The notes: a model not told the origin generated them from the sequence alone. Positions 13,875 to 27,312 are shown, counted from the whole stretch's first letter. The stretch: DNA of 63,311 bases, filler included, from Hyphochytrium catenoides (GCA_900088475.1; 13 parts of 13 records of this genome joined end to end with filler, not necessarily neighbours in it), one strand, 5' to 3'. Translations and numbers: made by a program.

Positions 13875-14688
13875 GAGTCGACAAAGAGACACACTGAACC
13901 AGTAAGACAAACACATCCTGGATAGATCTCTTGGCCTTACCAGGAGAGAGGGCACCAGCTGGACAGAAGATTGAAGAGAGACGAGGGAAGGAGAGAAACG
14001 TTAGAAGAGAGACAAAAAGTGAGAAAGGTGACTGAGAGAGACACACCGACGGAGTACGAGGTAGTCTCAGAAAGGGGAATACGGGGATAAAGAAAGAAGA
14101 GAGATAAGAAAGAGACGAATCCTTTCCCTCTCTTCTCAGTCTGTCTCTCTCTCTCTCGTCTTTCTCTCTCTCTTCTCAAACTCTCTTTTTCTCTCTCTTT
14201 CACTTTCTCTCTTTTCCCCCTTAGGAGTCTGGAATTATGCCCCTGGATGGCACGCACCTCTTCCTCCACCTTGTCATTCTCTTTCTTCTCTTCATCTTGC
14301 CCCGAGAAGGCCTGTTGTCTCTCTTCTGTTTCTGACATCTGTCTTTGACGTCTCTCTCTCTCTTCCAGGCCCCGAGACCTCTTTCTTCTCTCTCTTTTCC
14401 TAGTCAGGTCTTGGAGAGAGAGGGAGAGAGAGACCAAAGGAGATACCGTGAGCGCCCGAGAGAGAGAGAGAGAGCGGCTTGGCTCCTTTTGAAGCTTCTG
14501 AAGCGCTCACTCTCACCTCAAGGCGGCCTGGACGGGGAGAGGCAGCAGCTCTCTCCTTCCTCTCGCTCTCTGTTTCTTCCTTCCTTCGTCAGTGTCTCTC
14601 TCTCTCCCTCTCTCTCTTGGCCCTCTCCAACTTTTCCTTTGTTGCTATTATGCTTGGGCCTGGCTCTGTTCCTCACTTCCAGCATCCC

Positions 14689-14720
<32 letters not shown>

Positions 14721-15239
14721 GCTGCTCCCTCTCTCTCTCCCCCCACTCTTCTCTTCCATCCCCAGAGCTCCCCCTGGTGCAATAAGTAGATATGGTTAGT
14801 TTGTTGGTGGATAACGGCTTTTTTATGATTTATGATGGTAGATTCTGATGTTTTGACTCTCTCTCTCTCTTTCTCTCTCTCTTTCTTTATCTGTCTCTCT
14901 CTCTCTCATTCTCCTTTTTTTTCCCCCACTCTCCACTGTTTGTCCTTTTATTACTCTGTCTTCTCTTTGCATGACCTCTGGTCATCCAGATACTTTCTCC
15001 TCCGAGGTCTCATGGCTTCTTCTCTCTTTCTCTTTTAATGTGCGTTGTATCACTCACTCAGTTCCCTGCTTTTGACTCTTTGATTGTTATGGACAGCGAG
15101 GGCTTCACTCTCCTCTCTCTCTCCCTCTCTCTTTCTTTCTCTCTCTCTCTCTGTTTCTTTCTCTCTCTCACTCACTTTTCATAGATGCTGACACGTCTGC
15201 AGCACTGCGTCATGCACCAGTCCCGTGATCCTGTCGGTC

Positions 15240-15339
15240 NNNNNNNNNNNNNNNNNNNNNNNNNNNNNNNNNNNNNNNNNNNNTTAATTAATTAANNNNN
15301 NNNNNNNNNNNNNNNNNNNNNNNNNNNNNNNNNNNNNNN
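15240..15339. other. Artificial contig spacer (44N-TTAATTAATTAA-44N). Others at 22442, 24821, 30872, 34835, 40269, 42681, 45736, 49916, 52874, 60117 and 61326.
   Basis: Identical 100-nt structure 12 times. The central 12-mer puts stops in all six frames. Confidence 0.98.
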
Positions 15340-15773
15340 CTCTCTCTCTCTCTCTTTCTCTTTCTTTCTTTGTTTCTTACTCTCTGTCTGTCTCTCTCTC
15401 TTCCTCCCGTTTCTCTTTGTCTCAAACTCTTTCTCGCGCTCTCATCCTACTTTCGCTTATTTCTCTCATCGAAGCGCGTCTCTCTCCCTCTCTGTTATAC
15501 GTCTTGTTTACCTATGGGGATGCCTCCGTTCTTTCTCTCCCTCATTTCTCTGTCTCTCTCTCTCCTTTTATCCTTTCAATCCTTTTCCGTGCCGGTCTGA
15601 TGTGCACTTTATTTATCCCTTCTTCTCCCACCTCTCTCTCTTTCTCTCTCTCTCTCTTTTGACGCTTTTTTCTCTACTTCCCCCTTCTCTCTGCTGAAGG
15701 CTGAGCTCACAAAGGTTCTCTCTCTTTCCGTCTCTCTCTCTTTCTCTCTCAATCTCTCTCTTCCCACGCACAG

Positions 15774-16503
15774 GAACGCTCATCCAGGGGAGAACAGTAG
15801 CGTGCGTTTCCCTCCTCTGCAGACAATCTTCGCACTAAAAGAGAGAAACGCTGGGAAACTGAACTCTCATCTTTGGTTCTTCCACGGCTTCGCAGAGCAG
15901 CTCCAGCCCAAATACACAGTCCTCCTCGATGTGGGCACCATGCCCACACAGTCAGGTAAGGAGAGAGAGAGAAAGAGAGAGAGAGAGAAAGAAAGGAAGG
16001 AGAGAGAGGACAGAGAGAGAGCAAAGCTTAGTAAATGCAGAATAAGGATACAGATTGTCGAAGAGACAGAAGAACGTCAAAAAGGAGAAGAGAAGGAAGC
16101 GCGGGAGATGGTGATAGACCCTCTCTCTTCCGCAGGTATCCGGAGACTTGTTGGCATCCATTTCTGACCTTCAAATCTTTCCCTCTCGTTTCTCCCTCTC
16201 TCTCTCTCTCTTTCTCTCTCTCCTTTCTCTCTCCCCATCTCTTTACTTCTCTCTCTTCCTGGCGCTCTCTCGCTTATCGCCCTCTCCCTTACTCTTTCTT
16301 CCCCTCTCTCTCTTTGTTGTCTCTCTCTCTCCCTTTCTTGTCTCTCTCTCTCTCTCTTTTACTCTCTTTCTTCCCTAGCCATCTTCCGTCTGCTCCGTTC
16401 GATGGAGAGAAACCCGCAGATCGGCGGCTGCTGTGGTGAGATCACGGTGGACAATGGGATAGGACAATCCTGGCAGGAGATGCTCAAGACGTACACCAAC
16501 TTC
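15774..16503 (+). CDS. CHS: Chitin synthase (division 1, oomycete-like), two internal exons only
   Basis: Exons 15774-15955 and 16379-16503 splice in phase: [67 protein letters not shown]. These are the K..N.GK.NSH.W, LLDVGT.P and GG.CGEI motifs of the CHS catalytic region. The rest is lost at the contig edge and gap. Confidence 0.9.
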
Positions 16504-16940
16504 GTATGTCTCTCTCTCTCTCTTCTCCCTCGCTTCTCTCTCCTCTCTTTCTCTCTCTCTTAATCTCTCTTTCCTTCTTCTCTCCTTCTCCTGTCTTTCA
16601 CCTCTCTCTCTTTCTTGTTGACCCTCTCGCCCCGTTCCTTCGTTATCGATGGTCAAGTTCTCTTCCGTTTCCGACCCGGCGTCTCCTTTCTTTGTTTGTC
16701 TTTCTCTCTTCTTTAATCCTCTTCTTTGTCAAATATTCCGTCTCTCTCATGTTTTCTTTTTCCCCTCTCTCTTTTTTCTCTCTTTCTCTTTCTTCCATCT
16801 GTCCTTCTCTCTCTCGCTCGATTCTTCTCTGTCTCTTTCTCTCATGCTGACCTTCTCCATCTCTCCGCTTTTGTCTCTCTATCTGTTGCTCCATACATAT
16901 CTCTCTTTCTCTCTCTCTCAATCTCTCTCCTCTCTCTCTC

Positions 16941-16978
<38 letters not shown>

Positions 16979-18899
16979 NNNNNNNNNNNNNNNNNNNNNN
17001 NNNNNNNNNNNNNNTCTCTCTCCTCTCTCTCTCCTCTCTCTCTTCTCTTTCTCTCTTCTTCTCTCACCTATTTTGTTCTCTTGCTTCTCTCTCCTATTCA
17101 CTCTTCTTCGCACTCTCTCACTCTTCTTCTCTACAGCCTTCTCCTCCTCTTCCACGACTGCTGCTAGCTGGGCATCTTTTCTTTATCCTTCCGCCTGCTA
17201 CTACTTGCCACTACTACCACTGCATCACCACAGAAGAAGGTAAAAAAAAGCGCCACCACCACCACTTTCTTTCGGACCCCACCGTCATCTTTTGTCTTCT
17301 TATTATTGGGCAGGGGAGGAGAAGAGGCGCGTGCCTGGACCGCCCGGACTGTTTATTTTTCGAAGATGTCAGTCAATCAAGGAAATCCTCCTTCTTCCTC
17401 TTGGATTGTTTGTCTAAATAAGTTGGATCGTTGTCGACAAGAATTCAAGCCTTCTCTTTAACTGTTTGTCGCCTCTTCTCTTGATGATAGGGTCCAGCCG
17501 CCTCTTCTCCTCCTCCCTCCTTCTCCCTCGCCCCAACTATCTCCTGGTGCTGGCTGTTGGCGCCGGTTCTCTCTTCTTCGTCTTCAGTATCTTCCTTCAT
17601 TTTGACATTTCATGCCACGGTCCTCTTCTTTCCCGCAGAGATGAACATTGCATGTCGCCCTGTAATCGACAACGAGCACCATCATTCATTGGTAAAGGAA
17701 AGAAAGATGCTAGTAGAATAAAGGAGGCGTGTCAGCGCGAAAGCCACCGTCGTCAACCAACAGCGGGATCAAGAAGCAAAAGAGAGGAGAGAGAGAGGAG
17801 AAGAGATGCGGTGGCCCGGGTAGGAGAAGGGAAGAGGAGGAATGAAATAGAAAAAAAGAATACATTTTGGAAGAAGAACCGAGGAGGAGAAAGAGAAGAA
17901 GACAACAAGAAGAGAGAAAAACGATGGATGATGGTGCCTGCGCCTTCCATATCAACTTGTCTTATATACTTCCTATCCCTTGATCATCAGCCACCAGGAA
18001 GCTAAAGCAAAATCAGTCGGCGAGACGACGGTCCCCGCCGGCTCTTGACTTTCTTCTTCCTTCTTTTCTTCTTGTTGCCTGTTTTCTCTCTCTTTAAAAA
18101 AAAAAATAACTAGCTGGTGATCGCCTTCTTTCTTCAAGGTACGGAACATCATCCTTCATGTTGGATATAGACAAAAAAGAAGTAGTGCTGTTGTTACATC
18201 AGCTGTTACATCTTCCTTCTTTCTTTTCCGTCGTCATCATGGATGATAGCGGCCATAAAATAAGTCCCGTATCTGCGTTTTGTTGCTCTTTCCTCTCTTT
18301 ATTTCTCTGTTTTTTTTTCTTCTTCTTCCTTCTCTTCCAATTATGTCTGTGTCTTCGTCAGGTTTCTGATTATGTCTGTGTCTTTGTCAGGTTTCTCTTG
18401 GTTATTACGGTGAATCTTTCTCGGTCTCTCTTTTCCCTTCCCGCCTTTCGCTGCCGTATTATTGCTCTTTCTCTCTCTCTCTCTCTCTCTCTNNNNNNNN
18501 NNNNNNNNNNNNNNNNNNNNNTCTCTCTCTCCTCTCACCCTCCGTGCCTCTCTCACTGTCTCTCTCTCGGTTTCTTTTCCCCCTCTCTCTCCCCCCTCTT
18601 GTTGACTCATGACTCCTCCTTCCTATCTGAACGGTGTTTTCTATATAGAAGTGATGGAGCTGCTGCTTCCTTCCTCTTTTTCCCCTTTCTGGCCTTCTAA
18701 TTAGTAGTTTTCCGCCTTGTCTTCTTCTTCGTAGTACATTTATTGCTCGTTAATAAAAGGCCAATCCTTCTCAAAAAAATATCTCTAAAAAGTTCTTATT
18801 TATATTCTATTTCTAGACTGCCTTACACGGTATTATTGTAGTGTTTTCTTTTACAGTTGAGGTGGCCTTTACTACCAAACAATCAGTAAAAATTGTTTC

Positions 18900-19230
18900 C
18901 TAGTTGACTACTATTTGGAAGAACACGAAGAGATGCAAGTATGTACCACGAAGACTAAAAAGAGAGACAAGAAAGAACGATATTTGGCCAAAAAGAAAAG
19001 AAGAGCAAAGCAGCAAGGACTTCACCTTGGGGGAGAATTGGCCGTTTGTTATTTAAAAATATTATCAAGCATTTATTCAGGAGTGATCAGTACACTACTG
19101 CTAAGAAATATTCTATACGAAGTACTATTCACTGACTAATATGATAGTGTTTTTTTTCTTGTTTCTGGGAGGAAATTGGCCGTTTATTATCAAGCATTCA
19201 TTCAGAAGTGATCAGTAGACTGGACCCCTC
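18900..19230 (+). repeat. Degenerate copies of the ~150-190 bp repeat family also found at 46200-46885
   Basis: Shared motifs TATGTACCACG, GCCA(A/G)AAAGAAA...GAAGAGCAA...GCAAGGAC, ATTGGCCGTTT and ATTCA(G/A)GAGTGA. Confidence 0.65.
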
Positions 19231-21676
19231 GAGCAAAATATCTATTTTTGTAAGCGGACACTACTAGACTGCTACTAGACTACAGTACTACTGTTTTATA
19301 CATTCATCTAACAATAATAAACTTCATAGCCGATGATATTTTATTGGCCTTATTAGTGTTTGAACAAAGAGAAGGAACGAGATGATGGACTACGGTTATA
19401 CAACGAGAAACGAAAACCACTAGGAGAACTAACGAAAACGAAAACCACTAGCACTAGTAGTTCTAGCGGGCCTAAAAGAATAGAAGCAAGAATTTCGGGA
19501 CCTCAACCGACCACCACTTTGGGCCAGGGATTAGTTCTACCAGGAGGATGGAACTTTCTATAATAAAATTATTCCTCAATCATTAGACCTTTCTTTTGTT
19601 TCTTCGACTATAAAACTTATCTCATAAACCAGAAAAGTTCAAAAGCCAGGATGTTAGGGGAATAATAGAGGACGAACCAGCGAAGAAGAAATGGACCTGA
19701 TGTCTCTACTGATGAGTGTTTGTGTTCTAATAATAGGACTAATCCTTTTTGTGACTGCGAAGGCATGGTGTTTTATTCCTTTTAGTAAATAAGCAAGTAA
19801 CGTGACTATAAAAGCCATAAAAGGGAAGAGAACACGTCCATCGCCGTCCTTTAGGCGTCGACCAGGCATAGAACTATTCTGCCTTTGTTGTTTCTTTCAT
19901 TCGCTCTTTCTCTCCTCTCTCTCTGTCTTCCTTATCCTTGCTCTTCTTCTTTCTGCGATGCTGCCAAGAGAAGATGTCCATTAGAAGTTCTACTCTTTCC
20001 CTTCTTGTCACGCCTCTTTATCTATCTTCATTCATTCTTCCTTCATTTCCTTCGTCATCTGCATCATGCGGAATAGTCAGACGGACATGACCTTCCATCC
20101 TATCTGAGCTGCTGAGCTCCTGAGAGGAGAGCAGGAGCAAGCAAAAGATCGTGGCACAACCGTCATAAGCGTAATGATGCAAGAAAAGACTGACAACGAT
20201 TGAGGAGAAAAAGGAACACTTTTACTCAAAAAATATAATAAGTGAAAAAGTATGGCTAATAACAATAACTTCTTTTCTTCTGTCTTCCTTCTGATTAGTG
20301 GCTCCGCGAGACGGAAGAGAAGAGCTTTGCTGCCCCGGAGCCACGTTCATCTACCTATGCTTTCCTTTCTAGGACCCGTATCAGCTCGTGAGACAGGCGA
20401 CGATCGAGTCAGCCAACCCCAACATGACGTCAGCCACTTTTTCCGTCAGGTCTTTCCCTTCCCCCAACACTTCTTTTTGTCCTTGCTCTTTCTCACTCCT
20501 ATCTCTCTCCTCTTGCGGGCAGTTTCGCACTTCCTGATCACTCCGTCTCTGTCTTTCTCTGACTGTACCTCTCTTTCTTCTTCTTCTTCTTCTTCTTTTT
20601 GATACTGGCCTCTTCTACTAGACTCTCTTCGGTTGCTCTTAGACCGTCTGCTAATCTTTCAAGTCCACAGTTCATTATTACTACTAGCACTCTAACTACC
20701 GTTTCCCCCGTGTTAGAGAGTCATCACTACTACGCAGACTGCAATCAGTCGCAGCTAGAGACGACGAAACCAGTGATGTCAGCCAATCTTTCCGTCCCTA
20801 CTCACCCTTCTCCCTACGCTGCCGACCTCCAGAGGAGCTGACGTCGCCGGATCTCGCGACAGGCGGAGGCAAGGCTTCGCAACAGGCAGCAGAAGAAGGC
20901 GCCGCCCGCAGGGCCGCAAGCGCTTGACCGCCATCTAGTCCTGCCCTAAAATGAAGAGAGAGTCCCGGAGAACGTGGAGAGAAGAAGGGAAAAAGGCTTC
21001 TCTTTCTTCTCTTCTTTGTTTTTCTTCTGCTTTACTCTAATCAAACTACCTCTTCTCTTCCGTCTAATGCCACTTTTTGGTAACGTTCAAAACTTGATCA
21101 TTTCATACATTTTTTCTTTATAATTTAGGCCAATAGTCCTAGTAGGAGACGGATCAAGGAAGGTGGACGAAGGTAACCAGGTTATTGTGAAAAGTAGTCG
21201 TTTCCTTGCATAGAAAACGAATAAAAATGAGACAGATGCCATTTCTTTATTTCCCAAAGGTTTTCCCAAGAAGGTGAACTCTATTCCTTATTAGTCAAGA
21301 AAAGATAGAACAAAATGAGCAGTACTATTATTTAGTTGTTCTATATAAAAATAAATAAAACAGTAGTTCTACGCTATTGTTTCAGATCAGAAAGACACAA
21401 GAGGAGCGCTGACTAGTTGGTCAAAACAGTACACGCTCTAGTCCTAATAAAAGTCACTAATAAACTGGTAACAGTACCGGAGTTGCACTGCTCATTTTCA
21501 GGTTCTAACTAATGAATTGATAGAAAGAATGGGAGAGTAGTTCTAGAGTCTCCGCAGGCTGAAGTTTTTGTTCTGTGTCTAGTCTTACGGAATGTAAAGC
21601 AGCCTTTATAACAATCAGTCGCTGAGGCACTTTTTCTAAGGCCTTAGAGATTAGTTGAGTGAACAAACGACAACAA

Positions 21677-21791
21677 AATGGTGGTTGTGGTTCATCTCCC
21701 CTCCTCCTTCTTCGTCTCCCCTGACTATCACTGAGTAGATTAACTATGATTCTTCCTTTACTGATGATGGGCCTGCGGGAGATCGAGCTGA
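21677..21791 (+). repeat. Decayed dispersed copy of the sequence downstream of the RLE non-LTR fragment at ~52317-52432
   Basis: 28-nt exact match AACTATGATTCTTCCTTTACTGATGATG (21742-21769 vs reverse complement of 52338-52365), with similar flanks. Confidence 0.75.
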
Positions 21792-23036
21792 CTGAGAGGA
21801 GCGAAGCCAACCCGTTATAGCTCTTCTCGTCTCTTCCTCCTCTTCTCCCTCTTCTTCTTCTTCTCCTTCTTCTTCTCCTCGTTCTTCTTCCTCTTCTTCT
21901 TCCAGAAAAAAAGCTAACGATCTTAACTGGTATATACAGTAGTTGAGACTGTTGTGATGAGCACTTTTGTTATCATCAGTATAGGCCGTAGATTTATTAT
22001 GTTTTTGTTGCTTTCGACAAGCGAGAGGTCGACGACGAGGCCCCTCTCCTCCTCTTAAGTTCAATGATGGGAACTCCGTATCTTTATTAGCTGCTGCTGT
22101 GGAGGGCGGGTTGCTGCTAACCGCAGGAGGAGGAAAGAAGTAGTAGTGCATCCTCAGCTTCATCGATTATTAGTCAATAATGAGTAGCAGTAGTATCCTT
22201 GACAGCGCTTTCTTTTCTTTTCTCTTTATGGCAGGTTCCGGATGTCTCTTGTTCTTCTTTAGCTTTTATGGGAAAATATGAGATCTTTCTCTTATTGATG
22301 AAGCAGTTGTAGTTTATTTTTATATAAAGGATGCTGCAGGATCTCTTCCATTATCTATAAGAAGATTATAAATAATAAGACCGATCTTATGTAACGACCA
22401 CCAACTCAGTGATAAGCAAACCTAAGGACTGATAATGCAGTNNNNNNNNNNNNNNNNNNNNNNNNNNNNNNNNNNNNNNNNNNNNTTAATTAATTAANNN
22501 NNNNNNNNNNNNNNNNNNNNNNNNNNNNNNNNNNNNNNNNNGACAAGTTCATGGGCTGGTGCTGCCGCAGTGATTGGAAAATAATACCAATCCCAAGCAG
22601 CGGACAGGAGGGCAAGAGCCAGCGGACAACTCAGGCTCAGGAGATAGGGATGGAGCTGAGACTGTGTCCCTCGGTGTAGCCGATAGCAGCGGATACCAAG
22701 GAGGAAGAAGCCAAGAAAAGGAGAGAGAATGCTGATGAGGCCATATAAGAGAGCCCCCAGACAGCCAGCCCAGACGAGTGACTCAACACTCACAGAAGAA
22801 GAAAGGACAAGCAGGAGAAAGACGTAGGATGGAAAACTTTCGGACAAAGGGAGAGAAAGCGAGAAGTAAAGAGAGACGGAGAGAGAGAGAAGAGTCTTGT
22901 GATGGCGGAGAATGTACGCAGAGAGTGTGCGGCGAGCACGAAGAAGTCCACAGACCTTCACCACCGACCCAGAAGCCAGCGGTAGAGTTTCCTCTGTGTC
23001 AGCCCTCACCACCCTGAGGGAGGAAAACAAAGAGAA

Positions 23037-23113
<77 letters not shown>

Positions 23114-24920
23114 ACGAGGGAGGCAAGAGTGGGAGAAAAGACGGAGATAGATGGGCGGTTGGGGGACAAATAGTGCAAGAGAAGCTTTGTTAGAGAGACA
23201 GCAAGAGACATATCTCTCTTTCTTCCACTCTGGTTTCTCTAACTCCCAGCATTGTGTCCCTTTTGGCGCAGCTCTCGCTGTCCTCTGTCTCGCAGTGGTT
23301 AGTGCGAAGACGCCCCCCTCTCCTTCGGTTTGCAGTCAGCCAATGGGCTCGAACCTATCAGTCCGCAGGTTTTGGCTGTTGTCCTTCCCTGTCCCAACAG
23401 GGGGACAAGCCAAGGAAAGATGGTCTCTTTATGAACACAGTGGGAAAGGGAGAGAGAGGGTATGGAGTTGGAAAATTGTTGAAGAGAGAGGAGGTGCTGG
23501 CTGCTTTGTCTCGTCTCTCTCTCTCTTTGGTACGGGGTAGACACGCTCCCAGCCTCTCACTGATGGGTTCGCCCAAATAGCAAGAAGGCCTGCTGTTGGA
23601 CGGACCTCCAGATGAGAAGAGAGAGAGACAGAGTGGTGGCTCATGAGTATTACTCTTTATAGGAGAGCAAAAAGAGCTGCGCTTGGACAGCCACCTCTCT
23701 CCTGATTGTTCCCTTTCTCTCCCAGTCTTCGGTACGTATTATTTCCCGCACTGTTCGCTTTTAGAAAGGAACCTTTGGTCTGTCTTTTATTACCTGTGGC
23801 TTTTCCTCTCCTTGTCATTGTGGGAGCAGCGGGCACTTATGGAGGAACCGAGATGACCCTTCCAAAGTACGCAGGAAGTATTCAAACTTATAAAGGCACA
23901 GGGAGAAAGCTAGTTGTATGGGAAGAGAACAGATTATCACCGCCTGTTGAACGATACAAGGGAGACGACAGAACAAAAAGAAGAGCAATAGCTCTTGCCA
24001 TCATAGAACTACAGCTTATTCCCCGGTGATTAAGCTGACGGTAGGACAGCAGTAGACAGATGGAGCATCGAAGGAAGCAAAGAGAGGTGCCTGGGGCTAG
24101 GAAATAAAGTAGGAGACTCTTCAGCACGTGTGGTAGAGGAGGAAGAGAACGACGGTGGGCCCTTGACGTCCTTTCCTCCAAAACAGAGTGACCAGCCAGT
24201 TTATATTAACTGTTGAGGCTGGCGGGACGTTACTTGAAGAAGAAACATAGAAAATTAGAACTTCGCCTCAAGGGCGACAGTGGGGCAGGAAGTTCATCAG
24301 GTGACCTAATGGACTAGTGGCAACAGCAGGACTCTCTGTCCCTGGCTCATTCTGTCAGAAGACCACAGACTGACATGTAGGATGGGTGTAAAACCTGTGA
24401 GCGGAAGGTGAGAGGCAACAGGCGTATGATCGAACGGCAAAAATGGGAGAGATGGCACATTCGGAGGGAGACAGAGTCGCTGGGAGCCTCACTCTTTCTT
24501 CTTTCCACCTGCTTTGGGGAGAGGGGCCAACAAGCTGATTGGGATCACAATGAGGAGCTTGATGTCGATCGTCACCCAGCTTCTGCTGCTGCTGCTGCTG
24601 CGGAGAGCTGCCATCCTGTTGTTGTGATGGGATAAAGGGGCAGGCAGGCTCTCAAGGTAAATACAGATGTTCTAGTAAAAAAAACAGTTCCTCCCTAATT
24701 ATTATATGGGAAAGTAATAAAAATGGAACTTTTTAGTCGTCAATGCATACAACCGGTCCCTTCTACATTGTAGTTCTTCTCAACTACCTTTACCCATAAA
24801 TGTAGAACTATTCCGTAGCCNNNNNNNNNNNNNNNNNNNNNNNNNNNNNNNNNNNNNNNNNNNNTTAATTAATTAANNNNNNNNNNNNNNNNNNNNNNNN
24901 NNNNNNNNNNNNNNNNNNNN

Positions 24921-26676
24921 CTGGACCTCATGCCACAGAATGGCTAGCCGCCATTACCTCAGAGCGAGCTTACATCAATACAGTCCCATGAGGTTTACGA
25001 TCTAGTGCCCGCACCTCCCGGCGCTCATCTTATCGGCTCTCAATGGATCTTTAGGGTCAAGTTGCATAGCGATGGCTCATATGGACAAGTACAAGGCACG
25101 TCTAGTTGCTCTTGGCAATCGACAGAAGCAAGGTATTGACTTTAGCGAGGTCTTTGCTCCAGTGATAGGGCATGACACTGTCCGCTGCCTTGTCTCGCTC
25201 GCCGCCACGCTGGATCTGGAAGTCCATCACGTCGATATCAAGACCGCCTTCCTGAAGAAATCTCGACGAGCCGGTGTACATGCGTCAACCACCGGGCTTT
25301 GTAGCCCCTGGACAAGAAGATCACGTCGGAAGCTGAAGAAGTCGATATATGGGTTTCGCCAGAGCCCCAAGATGTGGAATGACACGCTGCACCATTATAT
25401 GATTGAGCGAGGGTTCCAGCGCAGCGTTTGTGACTTTGGGGTATACGTCAAGCGCCACTCTTCGAGACCTGAGGACCTTGAAATCGTCGGCGTCTTCGTG
25501 GATGACATGCTCCTCTTTGCTCCCACCACCGAGCAAATTGCAGGTCTCAAGGCTATGTATGCTGTCTGCTCGTTTCTCCATCACCGATCTGGGGGAGTTA
25601 GAGTACTACTTGGGCATCCAAGTAAAGCAAGATCGAGCTGCTAGGAAGATATACCTTCGACAGTCGAAGTATATTACCGAGATCTTGGAGCGCTTCAATC
25701 TACTTGATGCCTACCCCAATCCTATACAAGCGGTGCCTAAGACGTACTTGCCCAAGCTTCTACCATTCCTCTTTCTGACGATGACGCTGACCGGTTGGCT
25801 CGCACCCCTTATCGTCAAGCAGTGGGTTCCTTGCTGTACGTCATGGTGTGCACGCGGCCTGATATCGCTTATGCGGTACAAGCTGTGAGCCAACACGTCA
25901 CTTCCTTCCGCCACGTTCACTGGGAGGCTGTCAAACGTATTGTCACCTACCTGAAGGCCACCCAAGACTACTCCTTGTGTCTAGGGGAGATACCCCTATT
26001 CAACTCTCTGTCCAGGCTGATGCTGATTGGGCTAGCGACCCAGCTGACCGCAAGTCTATCACAGGCTATTTATTGAGCCTCAACGGCGGTGCTATTGCAT
26101 GGAAGTCAAAGCAACGATCTCTCAGAGCGTCGTCAACCACCGAAGCGGAGTGCGTCTCTTTTTGGTCCGCAAGCCAGGTCGCAGAGCACTTCAATGTGTG
26201 TTCCTTGGCGAGCTTGGCTTCTCCAACCAGCTGCCCATCCCTATTAGTCAGGACAACCAAAGCGCAATTGTCCTCTGCTCCTCTTCACGACCAAAGTCAA
26301 AGACTCCAGATGTCAAGCACTGTGTCCTCCAAGAGAAGGTCGCCAATGGGAGAATTAAGCTTGTCTATACTCCCTCTACAGCTATGGTATCCGATTGCCT
26401 CACCAAGCCTTTACCTGCTCGTCTCTTTCGGACACTGCGTCCTCACCTTGAAGTGCTCCCTCCTAGTATCAGTAAGTGCTCTTGCCACTACCCACCTAGC
26501 TTCGTCTGAGGGGGAGAGAGTGAGTGAGACCGACAATTAGGTGAGTTAATTCCGACCCTCACCACTGATGATCCAGAGAAGCTAGGTATGAGGGGGAGTG
26601 TTGAGTGCTACAATGTTCGTTGTTAGTAGTACAGTAGTCACTCTCTATATACACCTAGCTCTCAGGGACATAGACG
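24921..26676 (+). mobile_element. Ty1/Copia LTR retrotransposon 3' part: frameshifted RT-RNase H, PPT and start of the 3' LTR
   Basis: KYKARLVALGNRQKQGIDFSEVFAPV, HHVDIKTAFL, KKSIYGFRQSPKMW, VFVDDML, YRQAVGSLLYVMVCTRPDIAY, DADWA..PADRKSITGY, SSTTEAE, DNQSAI, SDCLTKPL. PPT (ATG)AGGGGGAG is followed by TGTTGAG at 26599. Confidence 0.95.
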
Positions 26677-26886
26677 CAGAGCACTTCAGTGTGTTCCTTG
26701 GCGAGCTTGGCTTCTCCAACCAGCTGCCCATCCCTATTAGTTAGGACAATCAAAGCGCAATTGTCCTCTGCTCCTCTTCACGACCACAGTCAAAGACTCT
26801 AGATGTCAAGCACTGTGTCCTGCAAGAGAAGGTCGCCAATGGGAATATTAAGCTCGTCTATACTCCCTCTACAGCTATGGTAGCCG

Positions 26887-27312
26887 CAAGAACCAAGTAA
26901 TCTCTTTCTAGCGGGTCTCCAGCATGCGGGGAGGTGTTGAATGTTCAGCTTCGACCCTTCACAATAGGGAGTTTGAGCTGCGGGGAGGTGTTGGAGTCTG
27001 AGGGCACAGCTATGTGGCCTACAAGCTGGCAAGCTTAACTACCCAAGTTTCAGCTCTAAACTCCCAGTAGAAGCCGAGATATGAAGTAAAGGAAATGTCC
27101 CTGTTTATATCTATGGCTTATGGTCAGTACCCCAGGATACCTCCAGGGTTGACTATTCTAGACAGGGATATCTCTATAACTCCATATCTTAGGGTTTATT
27201 AGGAATAGTTGGCATAGTCAGAATAGCTCTAGTTTATGGGACCTCACTTGGGCTTATAAGTAGAGCACTCCCATCTAATGACATTGTCCAATCATCCCAT
27301 ACAAATCCAACA
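26887..27312 (+). mobile_element. Insertion of a different LTR element's 3' end (PPT + 324-bp LTR at 26989-27312) with a 5-bp TSD
   Basis: AGCCG at 26882-26886 and 27313-27317. The LTR has inverted ends TGTTGGA...TCCAACA and is preceded by the PPT GCGGGGAGG. The insert is absent from the sister copy at ~26390. Confidence 0.85.

Noticed and set aside
13300-15200. Many long SLSLSL/ERERER ORFs here and throughout the track
   Set aside because: Stop-free translations of GA/CT microsatellites. A few possible micro-exons were seen, but no coherent gene model.
15284-15295. Recurrent TTAATTAATTAA palindrome between N runs
   Set aside because: Assembly spacer with six-frame stops. It is not biological, and no synteny can be inferred across it.
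15956-16378. Intron with a GA-rich 5' half and CT-rich 3' half that could fold to bridge splice sites
   Set aside because: Other introns (DCP1, MARVEL, PH-START) are uniformly GA or uniformly CT, so there is no consistent pattern in this window.
22542-23650. Possible minus-strand membrane-protein exons
   Set aside because: A hydrophobic stretch is present, but there is no recognisable family or reliable splice model.
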